32,000 nt of DNA, taken from NCBI RefSeq assembly GCF_000179635.2, contig NC_014833.1, forward strand, positions 3,630,001-3,662,000, read 5' to 3'. How positions within the stretch are numbered: the first letter of the stretch is position 1; each line of letters starts with the position of its first letter. Both the position numbers and the translations under genes were made by a program. The stretch comes from Ruminococcus albus 7 = DSM 20455. Its GTDB lineage: Bacteria; Bacillota; Clostridia; Oscillospirales; Ruminococcaceae. Below are positions 8,980 through 17,994 of the stretch, one piece after another. The notes under the pieces were generated by a model. It was given only the letters and a program-made list of their open reading frames with translations, had not been told where the DNA came from and ran no database searches.

Positions 8980-11808
8980 ATGAGTAAAAGTAAAAGTGTG
9001 TCTATAGACACAAAAAAAGCGAGAATACTGTCTATCTGTTTTGTAGCTGTATTCATCATCGTGGTATTTGTTATCCCGATAGTTCATGTAGCAGCCGAAG
9101 GTACTGACAGTATTGACTGGGGCGTAAAATATGAAGTTGGTCGGGTCGTTGAAGGTAACAATCGAATAAAAAACGCTATTAGGTATGTCGAGTACAACAC
9201 GCTCAAGTTCATGTGCGTTACGATTGACGAGTTCGACAAAGGACTTACAACCCTTTTAGATATAAATTTATACACGCTAATAAAAAATAAATTTAATATT
9301 ACATCAGTTGTATACCCGGTAGCGTGGGCATTAGTATCTCTTTCGCTTGTTATAGCGGCAGTTATGCTGCTGATTAATGCTGATAAGATGCGATTGTCTG
9401 ACTTCTTCCGAAATCTGCTTGTATCCATTATGTTACTGGTAGCTTTACCGACTTTGGTCAGTCAGTTTTCAAGCCTGCGTACCCGTGGAGTGAAAAGCGT
9501 TAAAAGCTCCTTTAATGAAGACATAGTTGTTAACGAGGATACCACGATAACGAGCCCTACGTTAGGTCAAAATTTACTTGCTAACAGCATAACTAGAGTC
9601 AAGGAATCGGTTAAAAACAATAAGTTACTAAAGTACAGCTCATCGGATAATGCCGTTTTTAAAAGCAGTCCGGAACGTGTATATAGCTTACCGATCAACC
9701 AAACGATCCACTCTGACAGTTTTGACAGAAAGTGGAGCGATACAGGCAGGGATCAAAGAGCCCCAGCTGTCGTTCAGAAAAAATACGAGACTCTAACACT
9801 GGAAGATAAAATAACTTTGCTTGATGCTGAGTTTACTCATGCAACTTCACAGTATGACTATCAATCAACTATACTCTCAATCTACGAATACTGGGAGAAA
9901 TCAAACAAGGACGATCATTATATCGAGGTACATAATGATAAAGATGGTAACACGGATTTTATATATACTAAAGTTGGCGGAGCTGTAGTAGCAGCCGGTG
10001 TTTATAGAGATAGAGGGCAAAAAGTATGGTGTAGGTTCGCTCCGTATAATGGCTTTACAGTCTATAGCCCTGTTTCACAAATATTCGAGGGTGACACCAT
10101 ATATACAGATGTAGATATGACCAAAAAAACGCCAAAAGCTATCCCTTATCTATCGACATGGAAAAGGATCGACGAAAATAATTACGAACAATTTGGTTAT
10201 AGTTCACAGGAAGATGCTAGTAAAGACCCAAAATGGTACAGTCATTGGCAGTATGATTCATTTCCTGCATTTAACTACATAACAAAAATAAATTGTCGTA
10301 TGGTTGAGTATATGAATGAACTTGCTCTGAGTAATGATATTCCAAGCGAATTCAACAAAGTATTTACTGCTGAATGGTCCTACTATAATTTGATCGGTAA
10401 TTCTCCCAGTAGCGTTGAGGAACTAATAAGAAGAATTGAAGATAATAAGGTATATCTTAAACAATATGGTACCAATTTCAGCCTCATTGAATATCTGAAT
10501 ATGGAAGAAAACTATCGTAAAATAATTGAAGACAAGAAAGACAATGGCGTAGCTCAGTTTGAACCACTTCATACTAAGGAAATGCAGGAAGCTGCAAAAA
10601 AAGATGAACCATTCTCGGCAGCTCTTAATGCGATGATATACGTTGACGGATATGAAGAAGTCTACTATTATTACATTGACTTCCTTCCTACGTTCATTTT
10701 AGTTGTAGTCACTCTTATTAGTATGTGTTTTGCTATGATTAAGATCGTAAGACTGCTTTTTGATTTGCTTTTCGCACAGATTGTAGCACCGTTGGTCGTA
10801 GCATCTGATCTAAGTGGTTCAGGTAGAGCAAAACAAGTTGTACAGAACCTTATATCGTGCAACATCGTAATGATAGCTGTTATTTTTATCCTTAGACTTT
10901 ATATCTACGTGCTGATATCTGCACAGGACAAGAACTATCCGTTTACCGTCCTGATAGCTCTCACTGTTGGAGGAGCTATGTTTGTCATCGACGGACCCGA
11001 TCTTATTGTTAAGATACTTGGTGTTGATGCAGGCGTTAAATCGGGTGCAGCTGCTATAATGTCGATCAGATCTGCAACACAGATCGCAGGCAGTGCTGTT
11101 AGCAATACAAGCAGGACCGTAGGTAACATTGTGAAGAAAGGAAACACAACTGCCGCTGCTGTTGCAGGAGGAATAGCCGGAGTTCATTCAGGAATGAAGT
11201 CCGGTGCTGATTTTGGTAGAAATATAGTCCAAAATGTCGCCACAAATTCTGATGGTTCCTATAAAAATGTAGGTGGTAAGATATTATCTAATACTTTTTC
11301 TGGTATTGGTTCTGCGTTTGGTGGCATCGGTGGTGGAATCGTAGGAGCTGGTAAAGGTTATATGACCGGAGAAAATGAGGCAAGAAATTCTCAAGGTGCA
11401 GTTTCAACTGCAGTTCATGGTGTTAAAGGCGTGTACACTGCGGCAACAAGTAATTCAAGCATTGGACATAGCAGCAACCATACATCATCCAATGCAGGCT
11501 CTGCAAGCACGCCGACTATCGGCAGAACAGAAACAAGTAATACAAATACAGTCACCACTGAAAAAAATGATTCAGGCAACTCCAATCTAGCTGCATCTAA
11601 GGGCGATAAAGGCGAAATGGGTATAAATGGAGTTAATGGTCATAATGGCAATGACGGTAAAAATGGCATTGATGGAATAAATGGACAGAATAATGTTAAC
11701 ACAACATCGAACAATACAGCAAATATCGGCAATGCTTTTAATAAGCCTACCAATAATATTGCTAATGAGCCTACAAATCAGCAAGTATATAATGACCTCA
11801 ACAAATAA
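8980..11808 (+). CDS. VirB6/TrbL-like polytopic T4SS channel protein with Gly-rich and collagen-like (G-X-Y)10 C-terminal tail
   Basis: ATG 8980 lies 7 nt after GGAGGA (8967-8972); the track's TTG 8965 sits on top of that SD (8967-8972), so it has none of its own. There is an N-terminal TM, two more TMs, a ~390-aa soluble insert, then 4-5 TMs (aa ~570-700). The tail contains GIGSAFGGIGGGIVGAGKG and GDKGEMGINGVNGHNGNDGKNGIDGINGQN (11602-11691). Confidence 0.65.
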   Translation: MSKSKSVSIDTKKARILSICFVAVFIIVVFVIPIVHVAAEGTDSIDWGVKYEVGRVVEGNNRIKNAIRYVEYNTLKFMCVTIDEFDKGLTTLLDINLYTLIKNKFNITSVVYPVAWALVSLSLVIAAVMLLINADKMRLSDFFRNLLVSIMLLVALPTLVSQFSSLRTRGVKSVKSSFNEDIVVNEDTTITSPTLGQNLLANSITRVKESVKNNKLLKYSSSDNAVFKSSPERVYSLPINQTIHSDSFDRKWSDTGRDQRAPAVVQKKYETLTLEDKITLLDAEFTHATSQYDYQSTILSIYEYWEKSNKDDHYIEVHNDKDGNTDFIYTKVGGAVVAAGVYRDRGQKVWCRFAPYNGFTVYSPVSQIFEGDTIYTDVDMTKKTPKAIPYLSTWKRIDENNYEQFGYSSQEDASKDPKWYSHWQYDSFPAFNYITKINCRMVEYMNELALSNDIPSEFNKVFTAEWSYYNLIGNSPSSVEELIRRIEDNKVYLKQYGTNFSLIEYLNMEENYRKIIEDKKDNGVAQFEPLHTKEMQEAAKKDEPFSAALNAMIYVDGYEEVYYYYIDFLPTFILVVVTLISMCFAMIKIVRLLFDLLFAQIVAPLVVASDLSGSGRAKQVVQNLISCNIVMIAVIFILRLYIYVLISAQDKNYPFTVLIALTVGGAMFVIDGPDLIVKILGVDAGVKSGAAAIMSIRSATQIAGSAVSNTSRTVGNIVKKGNTTAAAVAGGIAGVHSGMKSGADFGRNIVQNVATNSDGSYKNVGGKILSNTFSGIGSAFGGIGGGIVGAGKGYMTGENEARNSQGAVSTAVHGVKGVYTAATSNSSIGHSSNHTSSNAGSASTPTIGRTETSNTNTVTTEKNDSGNSNLAASKGDKGEMGINGVNGHNGNDGKNGIDGINGQNNVNTTSNNTANIGNAFNKPTNNIANEPTNQQVYNDLNK
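8997..9012. repeat. Copy A of the perfect 16-bp palindrome TGTGTCTATAGACACA
   Basis: Exact match. Lies 17 nt inside the VirB6-like CDS (codons SVSIDT), just after the pilin-gene hairpins. Confidence 0.95.
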
Positions 11809-11826
11809 ACGCAAAGGAGATTAATT

Positions 11827-12195
11827 ATGGGAATGATACCTAAAAAGACCAAGTCTGAGACAAAAGTATTCAAAGGTCTGACTGCACAGCGTTTTATGGG
11901 GCTTTTTGTCATAATCATGATATCATCAATGATAGGTTCCCTGATAGGTGGAGCGATGCAATGGCTTTTTATCGCTTGTTCTATAATCGTATACTTCATT
12001 CTGACCGGAAAATCACTTACTAATCCCTCTCAGTCTTTTGCCCGCGGTCTGATAAACTTTATCCGATTTAAGTTTGACAACAACTTTTTTATTGGTTCTT
12101 CCAATCATGATTATATTGAATACCAGCAGACGATCAAGGAGAAAGAAAATGAAAAGTCTAAGAGAAATAAAAATAAAAAACATAAAGAAAACTAA
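11827..12195 (+). CDS. PrgI/VirB3-like small T4SS membrane protein
   Basis: 122 aa. SD AAGGAG upstream. Two adjacent TM helices after a KVFKGLTAQRF motif. Lies immediately upstream of, and overlaps, the VirB4 gene, as in PrgI-PrgJ type loci. Confidence 0.6.
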   Translation: MGMIPKKTKSETKVFKGLTAQRFMGLFVIIMISSMIGSLIGGAMQWLFIACSIIVYFILTGKSLTNPSQSFARGLINFIRFKFDNNFFIGSSNHDYIEYQQTIKEKENEKSKRNKNKKHKEN

Positions 12196-14830
12196 AAAGG
12201 TCCGTGTTACATCAGCGATGTTTCTTGACAATCTGATCGACCTTAATTCATTCAGTGTTCCAGATGAGGAATTCATATTTAAGATAAAGGCTGACGGAAA
12301 AGATCAATACATATCACTGTTGATGGTATCGGGAATTGATATCTTCCATTACACGGACAATGATATGGAATCCGTATTCCAGAACTTTGCCAAGGCAACA
12401 ACTACAATGAAATGCGCTCACAAGTACATTTTCACCACATCATCGCCTTATTTTGAGCAGCAGAAGAACAATCTGCTGCTCAAGCGAAGAAACATCACTC
12501 ATAGATATATAATGCGTATGATGGAAAGAAAAGAAAATGAGTTCCTGGAATTTGAAGAAAACCACAATGACAGGCTTGCATATCTCCTGGTTTTCTCTGA
12601 TAAGATTTCTGAGTTAAACGACTGCTGCAAACGATTTAAGCATGAAATGAAAGATACCAATGTTCTTTTTTGCAATGAGGAACAGACAATTGAATTCTTT
12701 AACAAGTATCTTTGTTTCGACACTCAAAGTGATAAACTGCACACGTACACCGAAACAAACGATAAAACACTGCCTACAGAAATAAAGTTTTTTCAGAATT
12801 ATTTCAAGATTGAGGACAAGTACATCACCTCTTTGGTAGTCAATGACTACCCTGCTAATCTTAATGATCTTGAACTGGCTGCACTTGTATCGACCTTCGC
12901 GGACTGCACCATCACATTTGATGTCAAATTTAGATCTAAGCAAATAGTAATAGATGAGATCAAACAATCTCTCAAGGAGCTGCGGTCACGTTCAGTTATA
13001 AAGCAGGATGTTGCTGATGATATCGATACTCAGAACGAATTCGATAAACTGACTGCTATATATAATGAAATAAGCAGTGGCAACGAACAGATGGTGTATA
13101 CTACGCTGCGATTTTTCGTAACCTCTGACAGTTATGATGACCTCAGCAAGCGTGTACGAGATATTTCCGTAGAGTTGGAAACGAGAGGTATTACATCTTT
13201 TGTGCCGATCAATGACCTGAAATCGGAGTATTTCGGCATGACAAGAGATAGTAATACTATTCAGACACCCTATCCATTGCAGGATACATATAAACGTCAG
13301 TACCCTTTTTACTATCAGTCGCACACGGATCCTTCAGGCATTTTCTTCGGGTATACCGATACTCACGGGCTTAATGTTTTTAACAGTTTTTATCGTAATG
13401 ATAAGCAAGGTCGTAACTCTTATGATCTAATCGCTGTCGGTGTTAAGGGCTCCGGTAAGTCGGTCACATTGAAAACAATGCTTCAGGATCAGCTGCTATT
13501 GAGTAACAAGGTAATGGTTCTCGATATTGAAAGTGAATACAAAGATATGGCAAAAATGTTCGATGGACAAGTTATACGAATGTCTCGCGGCAGTACGATA
13601 AATCCATTACAGATACGTATGACCGTACTTGCCGATGCTGAGAATGAAGATGAAAATGATGGAGCTTCGATAACAAAATCAGAAGCAATATCAATGAACT
13701 TTACCTCGGAAATATCTAGGATATGCTCATTTTTCGGTCAGTATAATCCATCACTTTCCGATGATGAACTGTTTGCGCTTCGTGATGTTCTGGTCGCAGT
13801 ATATAAGGAAAAAGGCATAACTGATACAACGGATATATTTTCTTTTCTCCCGGAACAGTTTCCTATTTTCAGTGACCTATACAATTATCTCACGAACATT
13901 CAAAAGGATCAAACTCTGTCTGAATACGAAAGATCGAACTATAAAAAGCTTGAAACACAAGTCAAGCAGTTATCCAAGTATGGTGCTTTCGGAACAATGT
14001 TCGATAATTATACAAATGTAAATATCGATGACAAAAACCTCATCGTCTTTGATGTAAAACAGATTTCGGAAATGGATACGAATGTCTATAACGCACAGTT
14101 ATTTAATATTTTATCACTTATGTGGGCTGAAATATGCAAAAACAGAGAACATAATCTTAATGCACTCAGCACAAATGATAAACGTAATATCGTATGTCTG
14201 ATCGATGAAGCTCATCGTTTTATTTCAGTAAAGAACAGACAGGTAACGAAGTTTATTGAAAATCTGCTCAGACGTTCGCGTAAGTACGATGCTGGATTAT
14301 GGTTTGCATCACAGTCTATACTGGACTTTCTTCCGTCCTCAGACAGCGCTGAAACAGACGTTATAAAGACGATTTTTCAGCTTGTACAGTACAAAATTAT
14401 ACTAAAACAATCGCCTGACAGCATACAGAAGTTGCATGAGATATTCGGTCAATTCACTCTTTCAGAATTGAATAACTCAACGAATTTTCAGGCTGGAGAG
14501 ATGCTCATGTCGCTTTCAGCCGGACGAAACAAAGTTCACTGTTACAAACTGGCGACGGATTGTGACCTGATGTATATAGGTAATGCGCAGGATAGAAGTG
14601 AGATAATACACAAAATATTCAATCGGTATTATACAGAAATGAGTATGAAAGAATACGGCAAACTGCTTTTAGATGATCCTGCTGCAAGGGAAAACTTCTG
14701 CAATATATTTACTAACGAAGTACTCAGCGTTTTTGGATTTGAAAAAGAAGATAGTGATTATCTTTATACGCTTGTAGCTAATACTGTAATCAAATTCGGA
14801 CAAGAATTGATTGACATCGCAAAGGAGTAA
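12149..14830 (+). CDS. VirB4-family T4SS ATPase (PrgJ/TcpF-like)
   Basis: Start chosen at ATG 12149 (MKSLREIK), 7 nt after AAGGAG (12136-12141); the track's 12074 start lies inside the preceding gene. Walker A GVKGSGKSV, Walker B VCLIDEAHRF. About 893 aa. Confidence 0.9.
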   Translation: MKSLREIKIKNIKKTKKVRVTSAMFLDNLIDLNSFSVPDEEFIFKIKADGKDQYISLLMVSGIDIFHYTDNDMESVFQNFAKATTTMKCAHKYIFTTSSPYFEQQKNNLLLKRRNITHRYIMRMMERKENEFLEFEENHNDRLAYLLVFSDKISELNDCCKRFKHEMKDTNVLFCNEEQTIEFFNKYLCFDTQSDKLHTYTETNDKTLPTEIKFFQNYFKIEDKYITSLVVNDYPANLNDLELAALVSTFADCTITFDVKFRSKQIVIDEIKQSLKELRSRSVIKQDVADDIDTQNEFDKLTAIYNEISSGNEQMVYTTLRFFVTSDSYDDLSKRVRDISVELETRGITSFVPINDLKSEYFGMTRDSNTIQTPYPLQDTYKRQYPFYYQSHTDPSGIFFGYTDTHGLNVFNSFYRNDKQGRNSYDLIAVGVKGSGKSVTLKTMLQDQLLLSNKVMVLDIESEYKDMAKMFDGQVIRMSRGSTINPLQIRMTVLADAENEDENDGASITKSEAISMNFTSEISRICSFFGQYNPSLSDDELFALRDVLVAVYKEKGITDTTDIFSFLPEQFPIFSDLYNYLTNIQKDQTLSEYERSNYKKLETQVKQLSKYGAFGTMFDNYTNVNIDDKNLIVFDVKQISEMDTNVYNAQLFNILSLMWAEICKNREHNLNALSTNDKRNIVCLIDEAHRFISVKNRQVTKFIENLLRRSRKYDAGLWFASQSILDFLPSSDSAETDVIKTIFQLVQYKIILKQSPDSIQKLHEIFGQFTLSELNNSTNFQAGEMLMSLSAGRNKVHCYKLATDCDLMYIGNAQDRSEIIHKIFNRYYTEMSMKEYGKLLLDDPAARENFCNIFTNEVLSVFGFEKEDSDYLYTLVANTVIKFGQELIDIAKE

Positions 14831-14834
14831 TGAT

Positions 14835-16079
14835 ATGGAAACTAAAAAAAGTAATATAATATATACCTTATTCATTCTCATAACGATCCCTCTATTCTTC
14901 TTCATGCTGAGCTATCCTGCTTTGAGATCTAAAGCAAATGACAATAAAAGCAAATACTACAACGAAAGCATAGAGCTAGGCGCCTACATGATAAAGGTAT
15001 CTGATGCAGCTTATCTTGAAGATAAATCAGAACTTGATTTTATGCTATCTGTAATAAAAAAATCAGGCAAAACTGAAGAAGTAAAGCCTGAGATAGAGTC
15101 AGTATACTATTATTATAAAGGTGGCAAATACAAAGATGTAACATCGAATATGACCATAGATCAGCTGAGTGATATATCATCACTTGCGAAAATAAGTGAT
15201 GCTGAAAGTGAGTTTTCTTACATCGGTATTGCTGTCTCTTATAAAGAAAATGACCACTATGCCGATGATAAAGTCGATGAATTCGGTGATACGATCAAAG
15301 GTGAACTGATTGAAGGCAAGACATATAAAGTGGTCATTTGTATTGATAAGCGCGATATAGAATTCATGGATTCCAAGGATTACGATCCCAAAGGCAAGGA
15401 TCTATCATCGCAAGAAAGTGATGATACGAGCAGCGAATATGATGATGATTCCTCAAAGCCTGAGTATACTTCTATAACAACAACTACAACAAAACCTATG
15501 CTTGTGCCGGACAGTCGTCAAATCACAACAACTAGCCGAATTTCTGAAAGCTCATCATCTTCTTCAAAAAAAGATAACAGTTCCTCCGCTGCTAGTCATA
15601 ATAATTCAGTAGGAAATGGAAATGTTGGAGGTTATTCAGGTGGGTATTCCGGTGGAGGATATTCAGGCGGAGGTAATAATTACAACGACTATGAAGAACC
15701 TCCGAGAGAAGAAGGAACAACAACCACTAAGCAAGTTACAACATCAGTAACAACTACAGCAACAACACCTCAGCCGACCGTTACAACAACACCTGCGCCT
15801 GTCACAAGAGCTATTATTCATGTGGACGGTATCAAGCTGGAAACAGACTATGCTGCAAATAATGTTACTCTTAAAATCGGTGAAAAACATAAAATCAAGG
15901 CTGTAATATCACCAGATAATGCAGATGACAAGTCAGTAAAATGGGAGAGTAACCGTGAAGATATTGCTGTTATCGATGCAAACGGAGAGATAAAAGCAGT
16001 CGGAAAAGGTAAGGCTATAATCACCGCAACGACAAATGACGGCGGTCTGAAAGCAAGCTGCATGGTGACAGTATCATAA
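14835..16079 (+). CDS. Membrane-anchored surface protein: N-terminal TM, unknown ~200-aa domain, Ser/Thr-rich and GGYS-repeat linker, C-terminal Big_2 (bacterial Ig-like) domain
   Basis: ATG 14835 lies 7 nt after AAAGGAG (14821-14827). TM segment IIYTLFILITIPLFFFMLSYPAL. Low-complexity TTTTTKP..SSSSSSKK..GGYSGGYSGGGYSGGG..TTTTKQVTTSVTTTATTPQPTVTTTPAP. C-terminal Big_2 pattern KIGEKHKIKAVISPDNADDKSVKWESNREDIAVIDANGEIKAVGKGKAIITATTNDGGLKASCMVTV. Confidence 0.7.
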   Translation: METKKSNIIYTLFILITIPLFFFMLSYPALRSKANDNKSKYYNESIELGAYMIKVSDAAYLEDKSELDFMLSVIKKSGKTEEVKPEIESVYYYYKGGKYKDVTSNMTIDQLSDISSLAKISDAESEFSYIGIAVSYKENDHYADDKVDEFGDTIKGELIEGKTYKVVICIDKRDIEFMDSKDYDPKGKDLSSQESDDTSSEYDDDSSKPEYTSITTTTTKPMLVPDSRQITTTSRISESSSSSSKKDNSSSAASHNNSVGNGNVGGYSGGYSGGGYSGGGNNYNDYEEPPREEGTTTTKQVTTSVTTTATTPQPTVTTTPAPVTRAIIHVDGIKLETDYAANNVTLKIGEKHKIKAVISPDNADDKSVKWESNREDIAVIDANGEIKAVGKGKAIITATTNDGGLKASCMVTVS

Positions 16080-16083
16080 ATAA

Positions 16084-16099
16084 TGTGTCTATAGACACA
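16084..16099. repeat. Copy B of the palindrome TGTGTCTATAGACACA
   Basis: Exact match. Lies 5 nt after the Big_2 gene stop and 30 nt before ATG 16129. Confidence 0.95.
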
Positions 16100-16128
16100 G
16101 ATATCATTTATAACAGGAGGATGAAAAA

Positions 16129-16917
16129 ATGACTGATAGAAACAATATATCATACGATAAATATCCGTTTAATGACGATGTTAAGCTTTCTTATTTCGGC
16201 AGATCTGACAAGGAAATCGACTACATAATCAGGCAAGGAATTGATGATTTTAAGAACGGAAGAGCGTTTCCCGAGAACGGTAATTTCAACGGACTTGACA
16301 ACTACAGCGTAATGATGGAGATAAATAATACTGTTGTCGGTGTTCGTTTGCCCGACCTTACCTATGCAACATGGAACGGTAATACAACAGATGGTGTCAG
16401 CAACGGACACTATATGATGACAAGAAAAAGTGCTCTTGAAGACTTCGCAGTACGCGCAAATATCATCGATAAGCAGAGGTATATTACTAACGATGAATAC
16501 TCTAAGATAATGATAGACGGTCTGATTCCCGAAAGAATACGTGACGATATATCCAAAAACTTGCAGGATAATCTTGACAGTTACGGTTCGGATGGATTCA
16601 CTTTCTGCGTTATTTCATATGCGGGAAATAGCGTAGCAACTTCTATGGATATGATGGATAACGATATATTTTACGAACATATCAGAGATTTCTTTGATGA
16701 AAACGATTGGTATCCTGACGGCGATTATGTTGATTTTCATGTGACAGAATACAAGTACGGTTATGGAAAAACCACCGCAACAGATATACAGATCGAATAT
16801 ATAAATGCTCATCTGGACAACGTATTATTGTTCTCACAGGAAACAGATCATCAAGCTTTTGAAGTAGACAGGCAGTATATTTTGAACCTTGACATGGGAG
16901 ATTATCATGGACGATAA
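16129..16917 (+). CDS. Hypothetical cytoplasmic protein, strongly acidic
   Basis: 262 aa. AGGAGG (16115-16120) lies 8 nt before the ATG. No signal peptide or TM. By my count 35 Asp + 12 Glu against 10 Lys + 13 Arg. No recognisable domain. Confidence 0.6.
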   Translation: MTDRNNISYDKYPFNDDVKLSYFGRSDKEIDYIIRQGIDDFKNGRAFPENGNFNGLDNYSVMMEINNTVVGVRLPDLTYATWNGNTTDGVSNGHYMMTRKSALEDFAVRANIIDKQRYITNDEYSKIMIDGLIPERIRDDISKNLQDNLDSYGSDGFTFCVISYAGNSVATSMDMMDNDIFYEHIRDFFDENDWYPDGDYVDFHVTEYKYGYGKTTATDIQIEYINAHLDNVLLFSQETDHQAFEVDRQYILNLDMGDYHGR

Positions 16918-17548
16918 TAACTTTTTTGAATATCCGTATAGCGAATTTCGCGATGGTGTTGAACAGGATTTCACCGAGAATGTCCGAATAAAAAAGAAAG
17001 TATTTTATAAAAACGTAGGGATAATCGCTGCCGGTATAATATGTATGTTGCTGTTCGTTCTCAGGCTGCCAAGCATATTCCTGTGGTTAGGTATAATACT
17101 TCTTATCATCGGTTCCGTTCTATTTAAGAATACATCAAAGAACGATGAACACTTGCTTGAAATATATGCCGGAGAACGTAAGATGGAACTTATATATTAT
17201 ACAAACAGCTATCGTTTCAAGCGTGTTCTGAATGTAGCTTATGAAGATATTCTACGAGCAGAATTTGCAAATAACAGCTATGAAAAATTTCGTTTGTGCT
17301 TTAAAACCAGTGAAGATACAAACCTAAGTTCATTCACTTTGGACAACAAAAAGCTTGACGAACCTCTTGAAAATATATTAGAATTTGACCTTGCTCCTAA
17401 CTCACTTGAACAAGGTTTCTTTTTATATCTTGCTTCAAGCTGTTTCGTTATCCGTAACTACAACAGAAAGAAAATCGAGAAAAAATTCGGCACAGCCGAG
17501 GACTATTTTGATAATATTGGTGCTGATTTCTTCTCTCCCGGAGAATAA
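16907..17548 (+). CDS. Hypothetical membrane protein (2 TM hairpin plus cytoplasmic domain)
   Basis: ATG 16907 overlaps the preceding stop by 11 nt, with GGGAG 6 nt upstream. TM pair VGIIAAGIICMLLFVL / IFLWLGIILLIIGSVLF. No recognisable domain. Confidence 0.55.
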   Translation: MDDNNFFEYPYSEFRDGVEQDFTENVRIKKKVFYKNVGIIAAGIICMLLFVLRLPSIFLWLGIILLIIGSVLFKNTSKNDEHLLEIYAGERKMELIYYTNSYRFKRVLNVAYEDILRAEFANNSYEKFRLCFKTSEDTNLSSFTLDNKKLDEPLENILEFDLAPNSLEQGFFLYLASSCFVIRNYNRKKIEKKFGTAEDYFDNIGADFFSPGE

Positions 17549-17564
17549 AAAAGGAGTAACTTAT

Positions 17565-17954
17565 ATGAGTAAAAGTAAGAATGATATTCACATAAGAGGT
17601 CTTTCAGATAAAACGCTTAATGAACTAGATAATATAATGATAAAGCGTGGAATAGTATCAAGGAATGATATGATATGCAAAATTATTGAGGAATATGTTG
17701 CCTGCAATAATGATGAAATGGTCGAGTTTCTTCCGAAAATAGTTCGCTCTTTGTGTCGTGATGAAATAAAAAACACATCTGCAAACTCCTCGGAACTCAT
17801 CACTGATGTATACAGAACTATGCTAAGATTAATAAGAATAACACAGAAATTAGAGAATTTTCTGTATCCGGAACTCGATAAAATTGATGCTAATGACTTA
17901 AATTCTAAGCAACTTTTGGCGATAATAAATGCTGCGGAGAGTTCAGATGAATAA
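17565..17954 (+). CDS. Ribbon-helix-helix (CopG/Arc-like) DNA-binding protein, putative relaxosome accessory factor
   Basis: ATG 17565 follows AAAGGAG (17550-17556). N-terminal RHH pattern: beta strand DIHIRGLSD, helix KTLNELDNIMIKRG, helix SRNDMICKIIEEYV. The track's 17385 start is an out-of-context extension overlapping the upstream gene. Confidence 0.6.
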   Translation: MSKSKNDIHIRGLSDKTLNELDNIMIKRGIVSRNDMICKIIEEYVACNNDEMVEFLPKIVRSLCRDEIKNTSANSSELITDVYRTMLRLIRITQKLENFLYPELDKIDANDLNSKQLLAIINAAESSDE

Positions 17955-17994
17955 TAGCAATCAGTAATAAATGGTAATATTTAGGAATTATATG

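Noticed and set aside
8980-8993. Shared 14-mer ATGAGTAAAAGTAA at the starts of two genes (8980 and 17565; both begin MSKSK)
   Set aside because: About two chance 14-mer repeats are expected in a 32-kb window. The similarity does not extend beyond the 14 nt, and the proteins are otherwise unrelated.
11375-11590. Alternative-frame + strand ORFs (11375-11590; also 8428-8619, 18577-18768, 23007-23210 and 25007-25204)
   Set aside because: They are embedded out of frame in well-supported genes, have no SD, and are of low complexity. They are considered spurious.
12074-12148. Upstream-extended starts offered by the ORF track (12074, 14811, 16889, 17385, 18147, 24468, 24712, 25636, 8965, 31165, 31313)
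   Set aside because: In each case an internal ATG, or TTG at 7413, sits 5-8 nt after a GGAGG-like SD. The extension also overlaps the previous gene, a promoter box or the repeat array. The shorter models were used.
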